A stretch of 64,000 bases of DNA from Eledone cirrhosa (GCA_964016885.1 OZ024758.1:24738001-24802000), one strand, 5' to 3'. Counted from the first letter of the stretch, positions 46,796 to 59,193 are shown. The notes: generated from the sequence alone by a model not told the origin. Program-made: numbers and translations.

Positions 46796-48051
46796 CCATA
46801 CATACATAGATATATACATACATACATACATACATACATACATACGTACGCGCGCGCGTGTGTGCATGCGTGCGCGTGTGCGCGTGCGTGTGCGCGTGTG
46901 TGTGATACAGGGCTTAACTTTATTTACAAACAGAGAAGTTGTAAATTAGATAATAAAATAGAGCTTCCGCCATATTTTATTTTATTTTTTTTTTGACTAA
47001 GGAAATTAGCCTAATAACTCCAACACACATATGCATATATGCATATATGAGTGTGTATATATATGTGTGCATATGCATACATTTATATGTATGAGTATAT
47101 AAATATAAACGTGCAAATAGACACACAAAAATACACACTCAAACATACATTCACACACACACACAGCATAACAAATAGAACGCCAGCCACTATTTTGCTA
47201 TAGATTTTTCACCATCACCTTCCTTCCTCTGACATACACATACATTCATACAAGCAGCAGACGTAAAAGGAGAGGAGTAGTGTGTGACAGAATCCCAGAA
47301 ATTTATATATAGATAGATTGCTCTTTTTTTTTTCAAGAAACAAATTATTTTATTTTCATCATAGCAGTGTGAATTGAAATAACTTTAAACTGATATAAAA
47401 AAAAAAAACCTTTCTGTTGCTTCATAGTTTAACTCTTCGTCTGTGAGGTTTACAACAAATTATTTTGGTGTTTATTTATGCAATTGTTTTTAGTCAAAAC
47501 CAGAAAAGGTCAAGGTAACTTTTTTGCGCTAAATGGTTAACGTATTTATTTCATTATTAAAGTATAGCAAATATCTAAATATAGCTGTAAGGCACAACTT
47601 TGAAACGAGGATACTCTTGTCAAGTTCTAATGTACCACACTCTCTAAATATAACTCTCCGAAACATCATCTCAAAACCAGGATTCTCTAGTGAAGTGAAT
47701 ATCACGGCGCAAGAAAATAAATTCTTAGTAAATGTGTCATATATCTGATGGTTATTACAGTTAGAAAAATAACAGCTGTACAATCGACACCATTTGATTT
47801 TGCTGACACAACGACACGATTTAAAGTTGTACTGTTTCAAATGAGCTGGAATGAACGGGAGACAATTTACGATGATCGTGCTTGAACAAATAAATAACAT
47901 TGAAACCAACATATGCCTTATTTAGTCTGTGCTCGAGTGTTCATTCTAGACCCACTTTCTCTTTACAATAATTTACAGTTTCTTTCAGTTACAGGGAGAA
48001 GTAATAGTAGATATTATAGAATACAGTGCATAATAGGGTTAAGATGGCTGG

Positions 48052-48145
<94 letters not shown>

Positions 48146-48146
48146 T

Positions 48147-49740
48147 CTTTCTTTATTTGCTACAGGGGCGTACAAAAATGGGACATTACAAGACGTGACA
48201 GCGAGGTTTTTACATAAAAATAACTTTAACATTAATAAATAACAATAAACTATATATAATAAAATAACAATTGCAGGGTTCTTTTACACCCCGGTGGATA
48301 GAACAACCCTCAACACCAGGAACACGTTTTGTAGGTGTTCCTGTCTTCCCTCTGTTTATCTTCCTCAACCTACAGGTTTATATACAGAGAAGGCCCATTC
48401 ACTCGGGCCATTTTCGCCACATTCACCCACCTTTCAGCGAATTTACTGGGGAGACAGATAGATAGATATACAGATAAATTTCTTTATTAGCCACAAGGGC
48501 ACAAAAGAAGGGGACAAATACAAATGGGGAGTTTACATACAGGTATATGAAAATAAAACTATTAATAAAATAACAAATAACAATTGATATCCCCAATAGG
48601 GGGAGGTGTTACACAGGGGTTGTACACACCCCAAAACATGTACAACCCTCATCTCTTTTTCCTCAACCTACAGGCTTATATAGAGAGAAGGCACAACCAC
48701 TCGGGCCATCTTTGCCACATTCACCCACCTTTTATAAAATTTTCTCGGGTACAGCACCTCTCTCTCCATCCTGATTCTTCTTCCAAAATGATATTTGAAA
48801 AAACGAATCAGTTGCTCGCCGGTGTCTGACTTCAGCCCTTTTAACCTCGTCCACCATATAACCTTTTACCATAGCCATAACACACAGGAAAACCGCCTCT
48901 CCCTTGTTTTTGAAGGAGGGTGGCGGTTTGATCATGACAAAGGACTCGGTGGTCAACTGGATTGGTTCCACCCGCGACAATAGTCGTTCTACATAGCCCC
49001 ACAGGTCGGTAACGCCCGGGCAGTGTACAAATGCGTGCGCGACGGTTTCCTCGTCGCGCACGCATCTCGGACAGATCTTTTTCGAAGGGTCCCTACCCGG
49101 GCGCCCGTGTCTGTAGAGCTTGTCTCGAACTGGTAGAGCTCCTCGGTAGCACTGCCAGGCCAGGAACTTTTGGAAGTTGTCCATTGGTTCCGGGCGGAAG
49201 GTCCTACCGAACAGACTGGCCAGTTCGTCTTCCTCTACGCCTAGATTTTCTCCGAGCGTGTCATCGCAGCTGCTGCGGACCAACCCTCTATAGAATATCG
49301 AAGTGGAGTCTCCACTGATTGCCGGGTCCGTTTGCCAGAGGACTGTGAGCGCCTGAGCACATTCGATGTGCCAGTCGCCCATTTTCCTCGGTCTTTGCTT
49401 GACCTAGGACTGCAGCTCGGTCAGCGAGACGAGTCGTGGGAAGGCTCGCCACACCGGTTGTCTGGTGAGGAATACGTGGAGGTGCCGCAGCCTGAGCGCG
49501 TGTTTGCGCATCGTCAGCCACGGCATCCCCAGCCCTCCGTTTGAAGGGTGTTGGCAGCAGATGGATCTTTAAATAGATATACAGATAGGTAGATAAATAG
49601 ATAGATATATAGACAGATAGATAGATGGATAAATAGATAGATATATAGACAGATACATAGATAGATATATAGATATGTTTCTTTATTAGCCACAGGGGCA
49701 CAAAAGAAGGGGACAATACAAAGGGGGAAGTTTACATACA
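48147..49740 (-). mobile_element. Tandem Tx1/L1-clade LINE 3' fragments separated by (GATA)n
   Basis: ORF 48732-49382 has WQCYRGALPVRDKL...CPRC..DEETVAHAFVHCP...LW (zf-RVT-type C-terminus). Three 3' ends (~48147, ~48479, ~49678) each carry AATAAA or a variant and abut (TATC)n on the minus strand. Confidence 0.85.
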
Positions 49741-49859
49741 ATAGACAGATAGATATATAGATAGACAGATATATAGATATATAGATAGACAGATATATAG
49801 ATATATAGATATACAGATAGACAGATAGACGGATAGATGGCTATAAATAAAAGAAAGTA

Positions 49860-50450
49860 TGGGAGAAGAAAGAAAGAAAGAAAGAAGGGAAAAAGAAGAG
49901 AGATTTAGAACATTGCAACTACAGATTTGGAAAGAAAAGAAATATTTTGTTGAAGGATTGAGAAGACTCAGAGAGACGGAGACAAATGAATAAAGGGAAA
50001 AGAAAGGAAAAAGAAAAGAAAAAGAAAGAAAAAAGAAAGGAAAAGGGAAGGAAAGAAAGGAAAAGGGAAGGAAAGAAAGGAAAGGGAAGGAAAAAAGGGA
50101 AAAGAAAGGGAAAAGGAAGGAAAAGGGAAAGGAAAATAGAAAGCAAAAAGGAAGGGAAAAAGAGAAGAAAAGGAAAAGAAAAGGGAAAGAAAGAAAAAAA
50201 GACAAAAAGAAAGAAAAAGGAAGGAAAATGATGGAAAAAGGAAGGGAAAAAGAAAGGAAAAAAGAAAGGAAAAAAGAAAGGAAAAAGGAAAGGAAAAAAG
50301 AAAGGAAAAGGGAAGAAAAAAGGAAGGGAAAAGGAAAGGAAAGGGGAAAAAGAAAGGAAAAAGAACGGGGGAAAAGGGAAGGTAAAAAAGAAAGAAAAAG
50401 GAAAGAAAAAGGAAAGAAAAAGGCAAAAAAAGAATTGAAAAGGAGATAGA
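49860..50450. repeat. Polypurine (GAAA/GGAA) low-complexity tract
   Basis: Almost purely A/G. Confidence 0.95.
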
Positions 50451-50844
50451 GGTAAAGGGTGAAGACAAATAGAGAAAAATATGTTGAGATAGAAATATGT
50501 TTGGTAAGTTGAGTTTAAAGACAGTAATGAGATGCAAGCTTGAAGTGACAAAATGATGGTACGCTTTGACCTTGTCTACTTGTATAACATTACAGCAGAC
50601 ATATGAAAGGGTGTCTGTGCATAAGGTACAATTCAGTTCAACATTACCTAACGAGGCTGCTTACATAGGGATGTATAGATAGATGTATATAATGTATGCA
50701 ACTTTCTCGTTGGTTAGATGCAGCCAAATATCCGGGATACTTAACTTTTATTTGTTGGAAGTCAGTAATGAAGCCGTAACAAAAATAGAAAGACAAGGCT
50801 TCTTCCTCTGCTGACGAAGAAGAGTTTTTCCCTGCGTACGAAAG

Positions 50845-51741
50845 GCCGGTTATATGATGCCTGTGTGAGGAGCGCGATGCTGCATGGTAGTGAGACTTGG
50901 GTAGTGACAGGATATGCGACGGCTGAAGAGAAATGAAGCAAGCATGCTCCATTGGATGTGCAATGTCAATGTGCGTGAACGACCCAGCATGGATGTGTTG
51001 AGAGAGAAACTGTGTGTGAGAGAGGAGACTGAGAGGGATAGAATGTAGTGTGTGAGAGAGGAGACTGAGGTGGTATGGACATGTGATGTGTTGAGAGAGA
51101 AACTGTGTCAGAGGGATAGAATGTAGTGTGTGAGAGAGGAGACTGAGGTGGTATGGACATGTGATGTGTTGAGAGAGAAACTGTGTCTGAGAGGGATAGA
51201 ATGTAGTGTGCGAGAGAGGAGACTGAGGTGGTATGAACATGTGATGTGTTGAGAGAGAAACTGTGTCTGAGAGGGATAGAATGTAGTGTGTGAGAGAGGA
51301 GACTGAGGTGGTATGGACATGTGATGTGTTGAGAGAGAAACTGTGTCTGAGAGGGATAAAATGTAGTGTGTGAGAGAGGAGACTGAGGTGGTATGGACAT
51401 GTGATGTGTTGAGAGAGAAACTGTGTCTGAGAGGGATAGAATGTAGTGTGTGAGAGAGGAGACTGAGGTGGTATGGACATGTGATGTGTTGAGAGAGAAA
51501 CTGTGTCTGAGAGGGATAGAATGTAGTGTGTGAGAGAGGAGACTGAGGTGGTATGGACATGTGATGTGTTGAGAGAGAAACTGTGTCTGAGAGGGATAGA
51601 ATGTAGTGTGTGAGAGAGGAGACTTAGGTGGTATGGACATGTGATGTGTTGAGAGAGAAACTGTGTCTGAGAGGGATAGAATGTAGTGTGCGAGAGAGGT
51701 GACTGAGGTGGTATGGCCATGTGATGTGTTGAGAGAGAAAC

Positions 51742-51748
<7 letters not shown>
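50845..51748 (+). repeat. RTE ORF fragment whose 3' part is amplified into an 80-bp tandem array (about 9 units, ~50996-51748)
   Basis: Unique part encodes LHGSETW...MRRLKRNEASMLHWMCNV. The unit encodes VLREKLCLRGIECSV(R/*)ERRLRWYGHVM. Period 80 (51166, 51246, 51326 ...). Confidence 0.9.
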
Positions 51749-51785
<37 letters not shown>

Positions 51786-51868
51786 CAAAGAGCTCTGTGC
51801 TATACATAGAGCACTCTTCTTTCCATTACCTTTTCTGCGAAAATACTGGAAATACTTAACATACACAC

Positions 51869-51913
<45 letters not shown>

Positions 51914-52029
51914 GAATTTAGGCCTTGATATCAAGTATCTAACTTTTAGTGAGTGAGGGTAGGAAAATGGTCTTAAAAAGTCTAAAGTCTGTCTCGAATC
52001 CAGAGACTCATTACACCGGTGAGTATACG

Positions 52030-52238
52030 GGTCACTGTGACGTGAAGCGATTGAGATTATACGACGCCAGTCCATCACAGGGTTAAACCCCCCAGCTATT
52101 GCTGGTACTCATTTTCAGCTGAGTATACTGGAGCAGCATAAAATGAAGTGTTTTGCTCAAGAACACAACACACAACCCAATCCAGGAATCGAACCCACGA
52201 CATTATGAAAGTAAGTCCAACACCCTTACCACTAGGCC
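52030..52238 (-). mobile_element. tRNA-derived SINE (family B-related)
   Basis: Minus strand GGCCTAGTGGT...GGTTCGATTCC boxes, TTCTTGAGCAAAACACTT core and AACCCTGTGATGGACTGGCGTC domain. Confidence 0.8.
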
Positions 52239-52389
52239 AAAATCCATATAATTTCTGTGGATAATGGTGGGATTGTTAAACAGCTCAACTGGCCATTATA
52301 AACACATGTTGAGAATATGAAAGCCGATCCTAAGATAGTAAATTCTCGACAATTCACTACCTCACAAAGATGGCGGCCAGTAAGTAGTA

Positions 52390-52617
52390 TAACTGTTTCT
52401 ACTTTTGGCACAAGGCCAGCAATTACCCAGTGCATTTATAATTGTTTCTACTTTAGGCAATTATCCAGTACATTACTGGTACTTTATTTTATCGACCCCG
52501 TAAGGATGAAAGGCAAAGTTAACCTCGACGGGATTTGAACTCAGACCATAAAGGGACGTAACTATGCTAGAAAGCATGACGTCCAACCCTCTACCGATAC
52601 TGCCAATTCACCGCCCT
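52390..52617 (-). mobile_element. SINE family A with duplicated tail
   Basis: Head, core and two tails on the minus strand. Confidence 0.85.
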
Positions 52618-53215
52618 ACTGTGCATTTATAATGAAATGCAATTTGTATTTTCAATGTCCATTTGTCAAAATTATTAGCTATATTTTATAGAGTATTAAA
52701 ATTTTTAAATGAGATTTTGGTATATTGCTCGTGACTTCAAAGAATCCATTTTGTTGTCTGAATTCTCGTCAGCTACGTCGAGTACATCTATAAATCCTTG
52801 TAATTTATTAGATGTCTATAGTCAAGAGCAGCCGATAATGTTTATGTGAAGAAATATCTCAATTCGTATTTTGAGCAACCCTTGAGAGTGCTATAAAGTA
52901 CAAGAAAAATGATTAAATCTTGAGAGAAAATTTTTAATTTTTCAGTGAATTTTTTTTTGTGGGTCATTATTTATGCCATTGGTTTGTGTAAGGCTTCTTT
53001 TTTTTTTGCATTTTTTTTCCCCTTGAAGTTAAAAGTTGTGTCGTCGTTTCAGAAGTGGCGGGTTAATGTAGTTAGCTCCAAACTGAGGATGGTGATGTTG
53101 AGGAGGAAAGACTTAAATGTAATTTCCTGAATAATCTGAATCCCAATTTTAAAAGCAATATGTTTATTATTTTGTTTTCTTTCTTGATGAAAGCAACTAT
53201 GTGAGAAAGAATTTT

Positions 53216-53249
<34 letters not shown>

Positions 53250-53252
53250 AAA

Positions 53253-53283
<31 letters not shown>

Positions 53284-53807
53284 TTGAAATAAACTATCCG
53301 GAAGCCATTTGTGTAATGTTTACATTACATTGACTTGCCAGGGCCTTGAAGTTTAGTATAACAGTTTCATCATCATTTGAATAAGGTGTTTCATAACAAA
53401 TAAATCACGCCATGAACTAGACGCAAACTTAAAATGTTTCCAACATAACATACCCAAGCAATGCTCATTTACAGATTTCACTTTGCTCGAGTGTATATGT
53501 TTCCACATTCCTCTCGATTCGTCAGTAACATCTGTTATATTTTTCTTCACATAATTATGTGTCTGTGAGTGTGTCTGTGTGCGTGTGCGTGTGCGTGTGC
53601 GTGTGCGCGTGCGCGTGTGTGTGTGCGTGCGTGTCTGTCTGTGTGTGTCTGTGTGTGTCTGTGTCTGTGTGTGTCTGTGTGTGTGTGTCTGTGTGTGTCT
53701 GTGTGTGTGTCTGTGTGTGTGTGTGTCTATGTGTCTGTGTGTGTGTCTGTGTGTGTGTAAAGTTATATAACGATATATGCCCATAAATATAGATACTTTG
53801 GAGAATC

Positions 53808-53873
<66 letters not shown>

Positions 53874-54056
53874 GCATGGCATATATATATTGAGCGTGTG
53901 TGTGTGTGTGAGTGTGTGAGTGTGTGAGTATGTGTGTGTGTGTAAAATATCTGAAAAATAACGTTCATGGATATATATATATATATGGCAACATGAATCT
54001 AAAAACATGTTTTCCTATTCCACCCGCCTCTTCAATCTTTCTAATTTCTCATTCTT

Positions 54057-54092
54057 TCTTCTGATGAAGGACTAGCGTCCGAAACGTTAAGA
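54057..54092 (+). ncRNA. Minimal type I hammerhead ribozyme
   Basis: TCTT-CTGATGA-A-GGAC-TAGC-GTCC-GAA-ACGT-T-AAGA: stem I TCTT/AAGA, 4-bp stem II, palindromic ACGT stem III (dimer-dependent) and a GUU site. Confidence 0.75.
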
Positions 54093-54423
54093 CACTCTTC
54101 CTGCTATTTTAAGCGTTAACCTAATATATCCTTCCATATACAGTACCGATTGTGTTGTTATTTCTGTTTACCTTTTACACAAAGAGAGAGAGAGAGAGAT
54201 AGAGAGAGAGTCTGTGGTGCTGTAACCGAGGAGACCACTATTTATGGGAGTACATGGGGAGAGTGGGTATAGAGATATTATATAACATCCCGACTGCGAC
54301 GTTATGTGGTTTCGGCTTGTGTGTTCAAAAAACCCCCCTCACACAAGCCAAAACCGCATGGCACCACGGTCGGGATTTTACATGTGTCTCTCTCTCTCTC
54401 TCTCGTATATATATATATATATA

Positions 54424-54505
54424 TACATGGCACTGTAGACTGACACCTTACCCGTTAAGGCTGAAAGCAGCGATTCTTGGCTTAAACTGTAATCTGTTAT
54501 TTTAA
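54424..54505. repeat. Dispersed ~85-bp repeat (reverse-complement copies at ~11178-11233 and ~56784-56870)
   Basis: CCCGTTAAGG.TGAAAGCAGCGATTCTT.GCTTAAACT.TAATCTGTTATTTTA occurs in three places, each beside (TA)n. Confidence 0.8.
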
Positions 54506-54530
54506 TATATAAATATATATATATATATAT

Positions 54531-55460
54531 GGGGAGGGTCATATTTGTGTAATAATATTGCCAGAATTAATAACAGAACACACTCACTGTTTGGTTGGTT
54601 TTCGCTTCTGTGTCTTTTATATCGGTTAATTTAATTTATTCGGTCCTCAATGTTACCATTGACTGACCAACGGTCAAAAATACAGATATAATATAGACAC
54701 AAACACATATATAGTCTAACAAAGTTCTTTCGTTGCACATCTGCAACATCGTACTATACGAACATGCCAGACAACAATACGGCGGTAACATAGACAATAT
54801 AGAAATTAGAATAATATCTAAACATAGAAATGACCCAGCAGATAGGCAAATCAGAGAGGCCAGCGAAATAGAACTTAGAAGGCCAAGGCTAAACAGAAAA
54901 AAATGGATGGAACAACAACAACACCCAAACAAACAATACTGACCTAAGAGGAGTATAAATAAATAAATACATACACAAGCACAACAACAACAAACATACA
55001 TAAACACACACTAGTAAACTAAGATAGAATACAATAACCAACACACAGTCGTCACCCAAACACGAACACACATCAAACACTATACACACACGCAAACGCA
55101 TGCGCAGAGAAGACAAATAAATTAATAAATAAACAGACAAAATAAAGATGGCGTAGGTATACAATACAACGGGAGGAAACAATGTTGCAGATGTGCAACG
55201 AAAGAACTTTGTTAAACTATATATATGTGTTTGTGCCTATATTATATCTGTATTTTTGACCGTTGGTCAGTCAATGGTAACATTGGGGACCGAATAAATT
55301 AAATTAACCGATATAAAAGACACAGAAGCGAAAACCAACCAAACAGTGAGTGTGTTCTGTTATTAATTCTGGCAATATTATTACACAAATATGACCCTCC
55401 CCAAGTATAACAATATTTGTTTCGACACACGATTTCATATCAAAAACCTCGCAAAACTAA
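54531..55460 (+). mobile_element. Penelope-like element 3' end with inverted pseudo-LTR
   Basis: ~54531-54749 is the reverse complement of ~55182-55402. The centre encodes [48 protein letters not shown] (GIY-YIG C-terminus). Confidence 0.85.
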
Positions 55461-55572
55461 TATATATATATATAAATGAAAGGTATAGAAAATATTGTAG
55501 CAAAAGCCAACAGTATTCCATAATATATAAGTGACTATAGCGTGAAAATGGGAAAAATAGTTAACGTAAGAT

Positions 55573-56264
55573 ATATCATAGATTGAGTTAGAAGCTCAAA
55601 ATAGTCTTCCGATATAGGTTTGTTATTTTTATTGATTTATTACTTTAAATCGAGTCAGGCAAACCATATTGTTTTAAATTAGTATTTTCTCAACCTAGCT
55701 AACTTGGTCATTTGCAATTAGAACACATGTATTTTTATATCTGTGTTCATCCCTCACATATATCTAATTATATTACACGGCTCGGAAAGATTCTCTTCTT
55801 TGAGCTATTTAATTGTAAAAGACTATTTTGAGTTTATAACTCAATCTATGATATTCTCGGCTCCTTACGTAGAGCTAACTTTAGTCTCATAAACCCGGCT
55901 GCTATTTTTAGCGGCATGAGTATGAGACGCGTTAGGCGCTGCGACATGTGCTTTTATATCAGCATATCGTTCAGTCTTCTTAGATCCTTTGAAATGAAAG
56001 GTACGAATTTTCCTAGATACCCGCTGAAGAGCACAGGAATTGTGGCTTTCACTTAATAATTCTTGTGAAACAGATTTAGGTCTGTCTGGGTATCAAAGGC
56101 TGTTGCCCGATATAGGTTTGTTATTTTTATTGATTTATTACTTTAAATCGAGTCAGGCAAACCATATTGTTTTAAATTAGTATTTTTTTCAACCTAGCTA
56201 ACTTGGTCATTTGCAATTGGAACACATGTAAACTTATATCTGTGTTCACCCCTCACATATATCC

Positions 56265-56272
<8 letters not shown>
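55573..56272 (+). mobile_element. ~500-bp hammerhead-containing unit in partial tandem with a short 5' inversion
   Basis: ~165-bp direct repeat at ~55609-55773 and ~56107-56272. 55573-55608 is an imperfect reverse complement of ~55819-55854. Confidence 0.75.
56016..56094 (+). ncRNA. Type I hammerhead ribozyme with long stems
   Basis: GATACCCG-CTGAAGA-GC-ACAGGAATT...AATTCTTGT-GAA-ACAGA-TTTAGG-TCTGT-C-TGGGTATC: 8-bp stem I, 9-bp stem II, 5-bp stem III and a GUC site (cleavage predicted after 56086). Confidence 0.85.
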
Positions 56273-56300
<28 letters not shown>

Positions 56301-56306
<6 letters not shown>

Positions 56307-56423
56307 TAATAAAATAATGAATAAACAAAGAAACAGTTCCTTATATTAAAAAATTCATCAAAATTATGAATTTTTTAATATAAGGAACTGTTTCTTTGTT
56401 TATTCATTATTTTATTAATTTAT
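56301..56423. repeat. Perfect AT-rich inverted repeat (~57-bp arms)
   Basis: ATAAATTAATAAAATAATG...AAAATTCAT-CAAAATT-ATGAATTTT...CATTATTTTATTAATTTAT. Confidence 0.9.
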
Positions 56424-56627
56424 CTTGACTCTGTTTTCCGTTATTTTTCACCGAAAATTTTTTTTGAATACATCTCTTTTCATGATATTCGGATTACATT
56501 GAGTTCTTCATACGGATTGGACACTACCGTACATTTTGGTAGATTTATCTATATATATAAGTGGTTACACAACAGTTAGTTGGGCATGGTAGTAGGGACA
56601 TGTTATGTTCCTAAAACCATGCCCATT

Positions 56628-56667
56628 CCGAGCTGATGATCTGCTAAGGTGAAACAATTGTTCTCGG
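56628..56667 (+). ncRNA. Minimal hammerhead enclosed in a larger structured RNA (56559-56697)
   Basis: CCGAG-CTGATGA-TCTGCTAAGGT-GAA-ACAATTGT-T-CTCGG: perfect 5-bp stem I, palindromic stem III and weak stem II. Confidence 0.7.
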
Positions 56668-57251
56668 TATGGCGAACTAACTGTTGTGTAACCACTTCAA
56701 CCTAACTCGTCCCATGTACTGAGTGCTCTACCACTACGGATATTACCTTCCAATGTCCCACCACTATATATATATATATACATATTAAAATAACAGATTA
56801 CAGTTTAAGCAAAGAATCGCTGCTTTCACCCTTAACGGGTAAGGTGTCAGAGCCTACAGTTTCCATGTATGTGCCACAGAGTGCAAGTATTTGTCACAAG
56901 CTGTGACCTGTCTTTTTCTCTTCCCTTACTGCTATCCTCTTTCTCTCTCTCCTCCTCTTTCACTCACCCCCTCGGTTAGCCTCTTCCTCACACTTTCACT
57001 CACTATCTGCTACTCACCCTCTCTGTCACTTCCTCCATCGTCCCACACCGTGCGAAATTCTTACCGCACTTACTTTCGCATGGTTAAGGAGTGTCTTTCG
57101 TCTTCTCGTCAATATTCGCAAGCTCTTATGTTCAAATGAATCATTAACTTGATTTTCTAAATTTTTCCTCTCTTTACGTTGCCTCACCATTCGTGTCTGT
57201 TTACCTGTCTCTCTTTCTCCACCCAACTCTTTATTTTATTTAGTTATTGCA

Positions 57252-57331
57252 TCGCCCTAGCTTGAGGTATATTGTCTGTAATGCGAAGAAATACCTATGA
57301 TGGCTAGTAGACAACTGATGATGGATAGTCC
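57252..57331 (+). ncRNA. Candidate non-circularly permuted hammerhead (copy C) at the end of a unit homologous to 16240-16772
   Basis: AGGTA-T-A (57265-71) | TTGTCT ... GAAA-TACCT (57288-96) ... AGACAA-CTGATGA (57309-21)-T-GGA-TAG-TCC. Confidence 0.6.
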
Positions 57332-57511
57332 TGGCTTCTATTTCTAATTCTTTATTTTATATATATACAGACACACACATAAATATACACACACACATAT
57401 ATACACACACACTCACATATATATACTCACACTCACACATTATATATACACACATATATATACACACACACGCACATACACATATACACACACACACACA
57501 CATATACACAC

Positions 57512-57544
<33 letters not shown>

Positions 57545-57637
57545 TATATATACACATACATATAGACAGAGAGAGAGAAAGAGAGAGAGCTAGAGAGAGA
57601 GAGAGAGAGAGAGAGCTAGAGCGAGAGAGAGAGCTAG

Positions 57638-57685
<48 letters not shown>

Positions 57686-57974
57686 TGACAAAATTAACTA
57701 TGTGCAGATTCCTAGCAGAGTAACCTAAAATATGTCTGCCCCCAAAAAATAGGTTTCGATTATGAGGAAGCGACGAAAGAATCTATGGTTGAAGCTAACA
57801 GAGTTTTATTTGGATTTTTCAGAAATTATTCCTACAATAAAATCTATGCCACTTTCAAGAAACACAGTAGTTTACAGAATAGGAACTATACCCCAAAATA
57901 CAATTTGATTTGGAAAAATGAATTTTAATAAATTTACTTATAATTATTTTATTATTATTTTCTGAGTATTTTTG

Positions 57975-58550
57975 GCGAGGAATTCTTAAATCTCTTTCCT
58001 CAAAATGGAAAAACGTATGTGAAGTTGTTATTTATCAAGCTTTCAAGAATTTTCTTCGTGAAAATGATATGTCTCTTAAAAAAATTAGTCTCAATTACAA
58101 CAGATGGCACTCCAGTAATTATAAGAAAACGTGTGTTTTGTTAGTCTTCATAAGATGGATGGAGCTTTTCTAAGTTACCACTGCATCAATCATCAGTAAG
58201 TTTTAAACCCCAAAGTCTAATATGAGGATCACCTTAAAGTCATTAAACGAGGGTTATTGTTAAAATCATAATTTCAATTTGAACCAAGTCTCTGAAGAAG
58301 AGAATGTTTAAGGGTCTTTTAGAAGAGGTATTTGTTGAGAATAATGACCTCATTTCACGTGCAGAAAGAAGTCTGTGAATGAAGTAAAAGCAACGTAATT
58401 TGTAGATTTGAAATGTTTGTTTTCCCGAAGTTAAAGACCTCTTCCTAACAACATGGTGGATTTCATGAAGAGTTATGTGAACCACACCAGTTAATTTATT
58501 TATTGTTTATAAACAACATCACAACAAAGCTTAATAATCTTGATCTCGAA
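57975..58550 (+). pseudogene. hAT (Charlie/SPIN-like) transposase relic
   Basis: Frameshifted EEFLNL, IYQAFKNFLRENDM, LVSITTDGTP, SYHCINHQ and VIVKII...RMFKGLLEE match the hAT TDGAP / HC.IHQ motifs. Confidence 0.75.
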
Positions 58551-58694
58551 CCTCAAAGAGTAGTAAAAAGAAAAAAAAAAAAAAAAAAAAAAAAACTATT
58601 TTACAGATGGTGAGTTAAAGGATTACTTTTACTGTCAGATTAAAGTTGTGAAAATCTCAGATATACAAACATTTTCAACAATATCCGAGTTTAA

Positions 58695-58837
58695 CCCTTT
58701 ACCATTTACATTACTCCATATTTACTTTCATATTTTCACGGTAAAGGCTTTACCGCACATAATATTGAATCTATGAGATTTTGAGAACAATATCTTAACA
58801 TCAGTATCAGTGGCCGGTTACAGCCGGTTTAAATGGG
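58695..58837. mobile_element. piggyBac-like MITE, internally deleted
   Basis: TTAA|CCCTTTACCATTTACATTACTC ... GGG|TTAA. Reverse-complement match to the 14905 end. Confidence 0.75.
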
Positions 58838-59058
58838 TTAAATGACTGACTGCACTAAATGATTGTTGTCACTTTTAACGCAAATCAATATAAGATGACC
58901 CCCAAAACATTACTGATAACTTCCAGGGTAGATTTTCTGATTTTACTTCCGTTATCGATCCACCCACATGTATCGTGAACCCATCTATGAAACAAGATAT
59001 GTGATGTATTGTTTCTTTTTAAAATAAACCCAGTTCAGATACAAAAGGAAATTATTAT

Positions 59059-59193
59059 TACGGCCCTTGCCATTCTGAGTTCAAATCCCGCCGAGGTTAA
59101 CTTTGCCTTTCATCCTTACGGGGTCGATAAAATAAAGTACCAGTAATACACTTGTGTAATTGCTGGCCTTGTGCCTAACGTAGAAACAATTAT
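59059..59193 (+). mobile_element. SINE family A
   Basis: Core and tail. Confidence 0.85.

Noticed and set aside
47529-47912. 127-aa ORF as a host exon
   Set aside because: No recognisable domain or splice context; probably decayed transposon DNA.
50644-51807. 387-aa minus-strand ORF
   Set aside because: Antisense read-through of the 80-bp RTE-derived array.
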